64,000 bases of DNA from a virus. Position 1 is the first letter of the stretch; every line of letters starts with the position of its first letter. Under the pieces are notes generated by a model. The model was not told the DNA's origin and made no database searches. It saw nothing but the letters and a program-made list of their open reading frames with translations. Made by a program: the position numbers and the translations under genes. Of the stretch, positions 9,001-17,500 are shown piece by piece. The DNA is taken from the IMG/VR virus record IMGVR_UViG_3300043788_000023, positions 1-64,000 of that record; one strand, given 5' to 3'.

Positions 9001-11547
9001 GACATTCCGCACACGCTGTATGAACGTGGCGGCGGTTACTCGTGGACGAAGGTTCCGGGCGTGACGTTCAGCGCCGACGACGTGGAGATTTTCCCCTTGG
9101 ATGTTGACCCATCCGAGTTCGCTAAGGAAGGCGCAGCAGAAGGCGTGGAGTACAGGATTGAAGTTCTGGACTCTCACGGCGGCGAGCTTTTCTGTGAGGC
9201 GGAGGCTTGGCTCAACGACAAGCGCATCGGTGTAGTGAGCTTCAACGAGTCCGAGGAGCACGTTGAGCTTGAAAACACGGAATACTACCGGGAAGGACAG
9301 GACGAGTACGGCTCAAAGGAGTGGGAGCGGATCAAGGAGCTTCCGAGGAAAATCTGGATCAAGAACGTGGAGGTCAAGCCAGAGTACCGCCGCCAAGGAA
9401 TAGCCACGGGCATGTACGAGAAGATCAAGCAGGAGTTTCCCGGCGAGGAGATCACCAGCAGCGGCACGACGCCCGAAGGCGGCAAGTTCCGTGAGAAGCT
9501 GACCGAGCGTGGTGTGCTTGCACGCAAGAGCGCCCTACTCCAAAAGAAGGGAGTGTACGGCGAGCAGCAGAACCAAGTCCAGCACACCGACCATGAAGCT
9601 GTAGGGATGACCAAGACGCTGAAGAGCGATCCGTTCTCTGAGGAGATGGAAGCACTCCAGAAGGAGAACATTGAGCCGAACCCGATCATTGAGTCCGGCA
9701 GAATAGAGGAACACCCGCAGGCAAAGGGTGAGGATCAGTTGCAGCAGGGAACGAAGATGGAGAAGGCCAGCGCCAAGTTCAGGAAGGACAAGCGTGATAC
9801 CGTGCCCGGCCAAGTTTACCTCCTACACTTTGACATCAAGCCCGGCAGGAAGGTGCCTAACGAGCGGGAAGACGCCAAGAAGCCGTTCCACGCCCGCCAC
9901 TACCTCGGCTGGGCGACAGATGCGCAGGAACGCATCCAGCAGCACTACGAAGGCTCAGGAGCGAAGATAACCCAAGCCTTGAAGCGCAAGGGCATAACCT
10001 TCACTGTGGCTCGTGTATGGGACGGCGCTGACAGGAACTTTGAACGCAGGCTGAAGTCACAGGGCGGGCTTAGCCGCCATTGCCCAATCTGCCACAGCCT
10101 CGGGCTGATACCGGACTCCCGCTACCGAAAGCCGTCTCTGGAAGCGGTCGAGGCGGTGCCGGAGGAGATGCAGTTTGGCCCCGACTATGTTGAGAAGAGC
10201 GCAGCCAGTGTAGCCGCAGGGAATGTCCAAGCGGCACTGGACGAAATTGACACAATATACCCGCTCAACCCGCTGAACCAACGGGAGAACGTCGTGATGC
10301 AGGGCACCATCCCGGTGGCTGTTGTGGAGGTCGCGGAGCGTTCCGGCAGGCTACGACTCAGGGGAATCCGTTCCATGCAACAGGGGAAGGGAGGCGGGTC
10401 GCATGCCCTGAAAGAAATCCTCGCGATCGCGGACAAGCACGGCGTTGAGGTGGAACTCACGGCGTCTCCGTTCGGCCCCGAGGCTGAGCGCCTTGACAAA
10501 GACGCCTTGCAAGCGTGGTACAGGAAGCACAAGTTTGAGGACGAGCCGGGCTACGACCCGTCGCTAGGCTACATGGTACGCCAGCCCAAGTCGGCCGCGG
10601 GCGCTGTGGACATTGACTGGAAGAGAAGCATGTTTGAGCACTTCAAACTTGTTCCCGAGTTTTCATGGCACGAGGCGGGCGACGATACCAGCGAGGACGA
10701 GGAGATCGGCGAGTCAAACTGGAACCTGATGGTGGTGAACGCTTTTGACACGACCAAGAAGCAGAAGGGACAGCCGGGCAAGTGGGTGGGTTCCGCCGAC
10801 TTTGTGCTCCGCCACGGGAACCTTGAGTCCGCGAATACCGAGGTGGACAAGAGCTACTGGAGGCAGGGCATTGCCACGGCGATGTATCAGTACGCCGAGG
10901 GGTTCACTGGCTTCAAGGTGACACCGCACTTGACGCAGTCCGAGGCGGGTCGTGCCTTGTGGCAGCAGAAAGACAGACCGTTTGGCAAAAACTCTGCGGT
11001 GGACGTACGCAAAATAGTTGAAGAAGGCGGGGGGAAGTACCAAGGGATGATGGAGCACTTGGTTCTTTTCAATTCCCCAGTGACAGACTCCACGTATGCG
11101 TTTCCACTAGATAGCATTACACCTGAAGCCGTTCGTGAGCAGATTGAACAGGGGGACGCCAAGTTCAAGAAAAACGGGGCGCAGACGGTGTCCGGCGAGG
11201 ACGTGGTGTCCTACGTAGCGAAACTCAACGAGTGGGACAGGGACACGGCGTATCAAGTAGTAGGGCTGGATGCGGGTGGTGAATATGTCCTGAAGGACTT
11301 CCCGCTGAGCAAGTTGTCGGCAGGGGACGATTACGACCCAGATCAAGCGGAACAGTACGCAAGAATGGAAGGCTCGTTCCCGCCTATCGTGCTGGGGCTA
11401 GCGTCAAGGGCGCACCGTGACAAACCGATCATGGTGAACTACTACGTCATCCGTGACGGCAATCACCGTGTAGCAGCCGCCAAGCTTCGTGGCGATACCA
11501 AGATCAAAGCGTATGTTCCGCTAGACTCTACGAAGGAGAAGAAATAG
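3028..11547 (+). CDS. Giant polyvalent protein A (2839 aa): 2H phosphoesterase, ART, GNATs, two ParB-like, SprT, EVQSD domain, Cys-His module, GIY-YIG
   Basis: HVT/HIT pair (2H, ~3055-3545); NFKKWFG..VYHGT..YFTS (ART, ~3757-4650); DGGHR and DGNHR (ParB, ~5000-5440 and ~11180-11545); HELCH..HG (SprT, ~6085); RRQGIAT, QGKGGG, RQGIAT (GNAT, ~9135-9520, ~10210-10585, ~10600-10985); VYLLHF..HYLG..RIQQH (GIY-YIG, ~9780-10120). Confidence 0.9.
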   Translation: MSLLDKKTARQYDNASTQINVPPEIAAEITRIGKELIPDEHLAGDGRVEVIHVTIKYGVEPDQSTLQQTIAGYKSFEVSLGKTVVFPDAESEGVPVVIEVHGHEFDALHKAIAAAMGTLPDEFAYTPHITVAYVAQKEAQHYAGKDNFVGMKFVADAVTLSMFDDDNQVDVPLKTAASPSQVTPEIPEVTPQYQQEPEEEEEVQRDEPATEEKQEKRKPKLLQPKQPKQKAQPKPKKPPVETTNFKKWFGKSQVRDESGKPMVVYHGTTHDFEAFDPNTANPENHYGKALYFTSSKTDVAENYATESGPDLTSRIDNRSERIMQEWEDQWDDVKNDLGLGDIEEFPSYSEEGYGRVQERAKQEAKREVAGQSKGMTMPVYLSLQNPVVVQKRGGTQFQINIDEDGNESGNGLDMYNAMHLVGGNFNADVQGMWGALFENTDGDFNAWDFEKVVRGRDDVEDDEGNMAPGSFIAQVYQEMGFDGIIQSAYEAFGPQSLGPGYGQTKGMTMDEDTKHYILWDPTKIKSAIGNPGKFDPKNPSITAGNRSGTINQEFLATLSYRDFPQGDGGTAYAEDRDGRVVGSVTYRLTGVRWINIILTDVDAKILGNGVLYGLFKFLEKEYDPAHVVLSDKIRSRLARDSGIMSMTPGTPRRAAVTGKQVPLDELPGEVKADFVAEMAERLNKIGYRFPHDPDREIDEGDIQANFFGIVDEPTITVYDAPVEKLYKTFNRKPSEVAVAKYVEMLKSGMNFDPIFVNNGKFYDGGHRLEAYHQAGRKTIPVAEIGPYLNAPLEFWQRWFDNDPDTKIAAIGDDYHQYVGWLLPDGSFQPLLKGESHRQGAVRIGISTDPQNMTEAFDSGAVRVSGHQYTELEFKALTSSAISLLTDFILQSRQNAKGITFDWFQPRRREQEFRSVDDALMFLDNPLAVTASKAAAGVTGVGDLGLAKKIMHELMPVLGVQLPEPELKIVNSPRSNFLGRDIWPTRYVEKPFSLSWDDNTRVELQRSILNDENTLRRVIAHELCHHADFLVNGVEEAKKIHDLWSLKRFNSSDGHGAPWKQFAQKFNAKYGADFVTKKSDESYVTEDIELKPFHILLERSYDGTLGYEVSSRLSPKQKRYLDRLAQRQGKEGEYQNRIIMTSDRDWLNGPLIGSFYHARPKEPEKQKKLEELWAKGQAPQPTGAAKEQDEILNKMRQVPWLNQRKSSLLTKMADGGDEVVWEYAQAMKDPEKNKNYRQKWDVVPAARLKKIWTDYANLGFVRDEAGMRRIAGQVLDNIWKLQTNTILTGHTEESPSRYGSEILGQELPEDYFDQLESFFEDDRGSWRISDYGLDSLLGIAYKLEGEDNAEKQLQLVDRALQVTHPRSDLANWFVEGGSSALSQLFHGMPLTELEKGRKQGAAPQLEDLEQAVTDSRSTSLPQIQQLPHGVSKEYDRVRWVYQQFLDARVQSMSWQDFQKKFPKERNSPLFTKVRQNRPKITTEDMERWMDEFDAKAKEYQNYEIEHDTYKDKATSFRDVEQLVLKINQSASAREIIGEDPMLTEFLGQIAQGSQQSGHPVSANTVGWLRVDFIDDDWLLVDEVQSDLVNAMELGKKFVTEPTLESLMSGYKSDTVKQKIRDMGATEQSFQMSKRNMLSRGYTVEKLDEMKQQLINLFKDWAEYGIASLIEIARRHGIKNVAIHTGETIAKRDPDLEADKAIMYYDQLAKSFGFQKQMLDVGELKGNFWVRTASEKTAGKRDEAGSSMTVGTTDPNFPMPVLIRWEQGMRWRQVLKTVKAVVGEIAGHRVAWRDIHIWASLWANREEQEKGWAEQKTKGKYIMYDILHNGTFVSVGKPIAAPLGEGIIEASHKETPLSDTTFHNPEIGEETNAYADMEEKVEGDEEFPALETLAPQMFEKEGAKSLQAQLMALRPQMAQVAQGIYDDWDSGGYRSSEGGDIEFGEGGICDSIAREIGGIIASKIRDVEVTDGGQDGDDHAWTIAYRGKEVYGIDIPHTLYERGGGYSWTKVPGVTFSADDVEIFPLDVDPSEFAKEGAAEGVEYRIEVLDSHGGELFCEAEAWLNDKRIGVVSFNESEEHVELENTEYYREGQDEYGSKEWERIKELPRKIWIKNVEVKPEYRRQGIATGMYEKIKQEFPGEEITSSGTTPEGGKFREKLTERGVLARKSALLQKKGVYGEQQNQVQHTDHEAVGMTKTLKSDPFSEEMEALQKENIEPNPIIESGRIEEHPQAKGEDQLQQGTKMEKASAKFRKDKRDTVPGQVYLLHFDIKPGRKVPNEREDAKKPFHARHYLGWATDAQERIQQHYEGSGAKITQALKRKGITFTVARVWDGADRNFERRLKSQGGLSRHCPICHSLGLIPDSRYRKPSLEAVEAVPEEMQFGPDYVEKSAASVAAGNVQAALDEIDTIYPLNPLNQRENVVMQGTIPVAVVEVAERSGRLRLRGIRSMQQGKGGGSHALKEILAIADKHGVEVELTASPFGPEAERLDKDALQAWYRKHKFEDEPGYDPSLGYMVRQPKSAAGAVDIDWKRSMFEHFKLVPEFSWHEAGDDTSEDEEIGESNWNLMVVNAFDTTKKQKGQPGKWVGSADFVLRHGNLESANTEVDKSYWRQGIATAMYQYAEGFTGFKVTPHLTQSEAGRALWQQKDRPFGKNSAVDVRKIVEEGGGKYQGMMEHLVLFNSPVTDSTYAFPLDSITPEAVREQIEQGDAKFKKNGAQTVSGEDVVSYVAKLNEWDRDTAYQVVGLDAGGEYVLKDFPLSKLSAGDDYDPDQAEQYARMEGSFPPIVLGLASRAHRDKPIMVNYYVIRDGNHRVAAAKLRGDTKIKAYVPLDSTKEKK

Positions 11548-14500
11548 TGCGTTGGTACCACGGCACATCTAAGCAGAACGCCGAGAAAATCCTCAAAGAG
11601 GGTGTTCTCAAGCCGGGGGAGCACTCTGTCTATCGGGAGGATGTCCCACGCTACGATGCCGTGTACCTGACGTCCGACTGGCAGATCGCAAAATACTACT
11701 CCGAGGAACGTGGCAAAGATGGCGTGGTCTTAGAGATCGCTGCTAACGAGAGCAAGCTGATGCCGGACGAGGACTCCGTCTACGACGCCCTGCACGAGGG
11801 TGCTGTGTCGCTGGGAGGGAAGGCGAACAAGAGGCTGGGGCAAGCGATCCGTGAAGAGTGGTTCAAGTATTGGAAGTCCATTGACGGTGAAGGTGACACG
11901 TTTGAGGAAGCATGGGAAGCGTGGAGCAATGTGGAAGCCGAAGGCTCGTCGGGAATCGCCGAAGAGATGAAGGCTCTCACCGAGGAAATCCACGAGAAGA
12001 ACCCCGCTCTGTCCAAGGCAATCATCAAAGCCAGCGGCAAGGCTGCGCACATCGGACCCGCCAAGGTCGTAGGTATCGCCAAGAAGGCAGCCAAGAAGGT
12101 CAAGCTCGTGAAGACGCCGGGCTTCGTAATTGAGGTGCCACAGGAACGTCGCACGAAGTTCTTCGTCCGACCGAAGGCTCCGCTGGAATACTGGGCTTTC
12201 AAGAACCGTCCCCGTGTCTTCATCAACGAACCACTCATCTTCACTTTCGGCGGGAAGCCTGTGGCGCAAGCCGTGGTCGTCAGAGTTGAGGCACCAGGCA
12301 AGGGCGAAGGCGAGTACAAGCACTGGCACAAGGTGTATTGGAAGCCGACGAGCTTCAAGAAGTTCAAGGTGACTGCTGCCGAGAATCCGAAAGTGTTGTA
12401 CCACCTTAGCCGCCGCACGAACCGTCAATCAATCCTGAAGAGTGGGTTGCTACCGCTGCTCAAGGAGTACAAGGACATTGAGCGAGCGCCAGGAGTCTAC
12501 TTCTTCCAGAGCCTTGCCGCCGCGAAGGACTACGGCTTCTTTCACGCACAGTTTATCAACCAAGCCACCGACATCTGGGAGTGCCGCATCCCCGAAGGCT
12601 ACAAGCTGTACCGTGATCCTCACCCGGAGATGGCTGAATTTGATGCGTGGATGAGCCACGACGTTCTGCCCCCAAAGAACTTGAAGGTCGTGGACACGAT
12701 CCTTGTGTCAAACTCCACGGAGGACGCCCCGCCGCGCTACAAGGGCACGAAAGCCTCGCTGCTCAAGTCCGCCAAGGTCAAGCTGCCGACATTTGAACAG
12801 GTCGTATCCAAAGACCCGAACAATGAGTTCAACCTCGTCAACGATTACGAACACGGCGTAGCGGACATGTGGGAAGACCGCAGCCTCAATAACATGAGGG
12901 AATACTACGACGAGGTCGCGCCGAAGCTGGCGAACCTGAAGTTCCCACTCACTGTCTACCGTTGCTACGCGCTCAAGGAGGGCAACAAGGTTGATTACAA
13001 AAGCCTCGGCAGTTCTTGGTCACTCAGCAGCAGGGCGGCATATCTCGCTTCCCACGAGATGTTCAACGACGAAGAGTACGAGCAGCACAAGGTGATCACT
13101 GGCGTCCTGCAAAGCCCGGACGGCGTGGACTGGGTCAACACTGTGCGGGCGTGGATGACGCTGCCAGAAGAGCAAGAGATCAGACTGAAGCCTGGTGCGC
13201 AGGTCAAGGTGCAGGGCAAAGTGCGCACCGCGACCAGCAAGAAGTTCTACCACGGCACGAAAAAGAAGAACCTTGAAGACATCATGAAGAACGGGCTGAA
13301 GGTTGCGATGTCCGAGGCTCACACCGAGTGGAATCATGCGATATACCTTGCGTGCGACGTCTATACTGCTGCAAACTATGAGGGCATGCACGGAGGGGGC
13401 GAGCCGTGGGTGATCTTTGAGATTGACGGCAGGAAGTTGAACGAATACTATATGCGCCCGGACGACTATGACTTCCCCGACCTCTGGGCGCAAGAAGGAC
13501 GTGAGGAGAACTGGGCGCACCAGACATGGCAGACGAGCCTCAAGATGTCGTGCCAGATCGCCTATCTCGCTGACATTCCAGCAAGTGCTATTAAGGTGTA
13601 CGAGGGCAAGACTCGCTTTGCTTCTGGCGACGACTCTGAACTCAAAGGTGACATGACAGAAAATCCAGACTACTACATGACGGAAGGCTGCGGCATCTAC
13701 GCTGTTGACTTCGCCCGCAAGAACGGCGGAGAAATTTACGTCTTGGCTGCCGAGCGTGGCGACCAATGGAGTGAGGAAATCCCGTACGAGGTCACGCACG
13801 CCTTCGTGAAGAAGGACGGTAAGACCTACGACATTCGTGGTGAGCGCACGCCGGACAAGATGGCGTGGGAACTCAGCATGGGCGAGTACAGCGTCAAGGG
13901 TCCGTGGACGCCGGATGCGTTTGAAGCCAAGTTCATGGGCGACACCGATGATAAACCGCTGTTCGGCAACACCGCCGCTCTGGGCGACCAGCATCACCAC
14001 GCCGATGACATCCCCACACCGCTGCGCACAGTTCTGAAGCGCCCAGCAGTGATTGACTGGTACTCCGACTCGCCCGACGTGGCGGGGAAGCCAAAGCTAA
14101 TTGACATTGACCCGAAGACGCTCCTAACCGATCAAGCCACGGTCAGCAAGTCGCACCTTGACAAAATCTTGGCAAACATCAACAAGATAAACGAACCAAC
14201 GCCGAGCACAAGCGAGGAGCATTCGGCTCATCCAATGGTGCTTGGCACGTCCGAGGGCGACTTCATTTTTGACGGGAACCACCGCTGCGCAGCCGCTTTG
14301 ATGAAAGACTTGACCATCAAAGTCCTGTATCTTGACCTCACACCAATAGAGGATCGGGTGCCGGAGCTTTATCTTGGGGAAGAAGATGGGACCGGGGTGA
14401 AGAGTGCCGCCGCCAAACTCCCCAAGGGTTGGCGGGTCACCATCAAAGGGGAGGCAGTACCCGGAAGTCCCTACCCGTACTATTGGGGGCATCTCTGGAA

Positions 14501-17500
14501 AGACAATCAGTTCTACGGCACGTGCGGCGTCGGCAGTGAGTACCGGGACAAAGCACGTGAAGCTGCAATTGACTGGGCGTGGCAGGCATCCGGTCAGGAA
14601 CGACCCAAGACCGCTGCTGAAGACACACAGACGTTCTACCATGGCACGACGTGGGAAGCCGCGAAGGACATTGACAAGACCGGGATCAAAGCCAATAAGT
14701 GGAAGTTCGGACCGGGGAAGTTTGTGTGGGTCACGATTCATCCGGGTCAAGCCTACGAGTACGGACAGTCTATTTCATGGCACGAACTAGATCAGCCGGA
14801 ACGCAGTGCGGTCGTAGAGTTTGAGTGGCCCTACAAAGAAAGCGAGCCTGACCCCGAACATGAACCGCACGGAGACATGTACCGCCGAATTCCGTCCGAC
14901 ATTCCACGTTCAGCTATCAGGAAGATTCAGTGGTTTGAGAAGGGCAAAATAGTCAAGACTGCCAACCTCAAAAGCGCCGACCACGTTAACGAGGAAGGAT
15001 ACTGGGCGGGCGAAGGCAACGCCGCATCCGGCGTGCTGGCTGTGTGCCCGAGCAAGGGCACGGTGTGCTTCGCGTGGAGAAGTTCCGAGGTGATGAGTCC
15101 AAACTGCTGGGGCACCATCGGCGGCGCTGTGCAGAAGGACATGTCTCCACAGCAGTCTGCGAAAAAGGAGATGGCTGAAGAGACTGGGTACAGCGGTGGC
15201 ATCACCTTGACTCCGGCGTATGTGTTCACTGACCGTGGCTTCTCTTATCACAATTTTATCGGCGTCGTATCAAACGAGTTCACGTTCAATCCCAGCGAAG
15301 GCTTCGGCTGGGAGACGGATCACATCGTCTGGGTGCCATACCAAGAAGCGCTGGAGGACATGCAGGCGAACCCCGGTGACTACCATCCCGGCGTGTTGAA
15401 GCTGTTCGCCAACTCCAAGGATGTCATCGAGCGTGCGCTGAAGATCAAGAAAACGGCATGGAAGGAGATCGCTTGGAGCGACAAGGAAGGCGATCTGATG
15501 GGCGGCATCCTTGAAAGCGCTGCCGACCTGAAGGCTTGGGCGTCGCCGTCCATGGACGACGAACTGTTTGCCATGTACATGGAGATGTTCAAACGCAAGC
15601 GGGTGGCTGTGATTGATGCCATGAACGCTTGGAACCCCGGTCAGGGCAAGGGCACGGAGATGCTTGAACGTTTCATCGCCGAGGCGAGAGCGAAGAACTG
15701 CGACGCCATCGTGCTTGAATCCGGTAATGCCCCGAATCAGTTTGACATACACGCATGGTACCAAGAGTACGGTTTCCGTGACTTCGGTACGGCGGACGGC
15801 ATGCCGCTCATGGTAAAGTGGCTCAAGCCGGGAAAGAAAAAGTCGGCAGACGAGGAGATCATCAAGTCCGTGACGCCTGAGATTGACAAGCCGTACATTG
15901 ACGAAGGCGAGTGGCAGAGAATAAACAAGTGGCTCATCTCCCTTCAGTGGCGTGGACGCAATCCGTGGTACCCGGAGAAGTTCCCGTGGTTTTGCATCCG
16001 GCTGTTCTCGGACGGATGGGTTGCCAGCAACGATCTCATGAAGGAGACTCTTGCCGAGGGCAAAGACTTGGCTTCTCTGAAGAAGTACCTGTCCGAATTT
16101 GCAAAGGAGTACCGCACCAGCTTGGATGCGTTGCGTACACCGCCTTACAAGACACTTGACATGCAGACCGATGCTCTCACGAAGCGTGGAGCGTTTGACC
16201 CATCATGGATGAAACGGTGGGTAGAAGGGGACTGCTGGCTGTTTGCTTTGGCTCTGTCCCACCGGATGCCTGACGCCACGTTTGTAGGTCTTGAAAAGAA
16301 AAATGTGGTGCATCATGTTGGTTTGAAGAAGGGGGATCGGTACTTTGACGTCCGGGGAGAAATGGAAGCGGACGAGTTCAACTACGGGGCGGACGCTGAC
16401 GAGCCTTACGAGATCGTACCGATGGACTACGAGCAAGTCATGCGAGATGGGGAGTACTCAAGCTGGATAGGACATGAGGACGAATTCAATGCCCTACCTG
16501 AGATGAAGCAGGCTGAGAAAGCGGTTCGTCGGGTGTTTGGTCAACGCAAGGATGCCGCAGGCGTTATGGAAAGTCGCCAGCCATGCCCCAGCGGTAAGCG
16601 CAAGTTCTATGACGAGCGTTCGGCTATCGGCCCGCACAAGAAGTGGGACGAGGGCACGCCGAACCTACGTGCCTACCAATGCCCGAAGTGCGGATGGTGG
16701 CACTTGACCAGCAAACCCCAAAGGCAGCCAGTGATGGCGGGTGAATTTGACGAGTCCAACCGCCTCTACGAAGAGAGCGTCGCCAACGAAGGCAAAGCCC
16801 CCCAGAACCGGGGACTGTACGAAGGAAAGCCATTCTGGAGCGGGATCGCGGACGTTGCGGACGGCAGCATCATTGAGGTTCACACCTACGAGGAAGCCGA
16901 GCGTGGGGACTTCCATCACAGCTTCTATGTAAGTCATTCGTCACAGCAGATGATGAAGGAGGGGGACTACGCCTTCTTCTGGATTGACGAAGACGGCGGC
17001 AGGAGTGCTGTCCAAGTTGAATGGCCCACGGCAAATCAAGACGTCAAGATTCCGCCAGACCTAGCGAAGCGCATCTCAAGTCATATCCAGTTCCGCAAGA
17101 CTGCGGCGGCGCACACGCCGGAGTACGCGCAGAAGCTCATTGAGACGCTCAAGCAGACTGTCCACGAGGCAGACTTCAGGGTCATCGGTTCCGTAGGCGC
17201 TGGCGGTACATCAGAGAACGACTTGGACATTATGGTGGACATCCACCCGAACGCAGCCTTTGACGACGACAAAGCTTGGATTGAGACAAGTGGGTTGGTC
17301 GGAGCAATGAAGCTGATGGGCTTTGACAACATTGACACTTCAGAATTCAGCCCCGAAGAGAGCGTGGAAAAGTCGGAGACGAGCGGCAAGTATCTGGACC
17401 CGCAGGGTTCCAGCATTGAAAAATTCTTCAACCCAACGACACATCACACTGTAGAGTTTTGGTTCGCCGAGTCTGGTATGGAGAAGGAGGCGGACTGGAA

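Noticed and set aside
11533-11549. Programmed frameshift or read-through joining the two giant ORFs into one ~5500-aa protein
   Set aside because: The TAG/GTG 1-nt overlap has a good AAGGAG RBS 8 nt upstream and no canonical slippery heptamer; translational coupling is enough to explain it.
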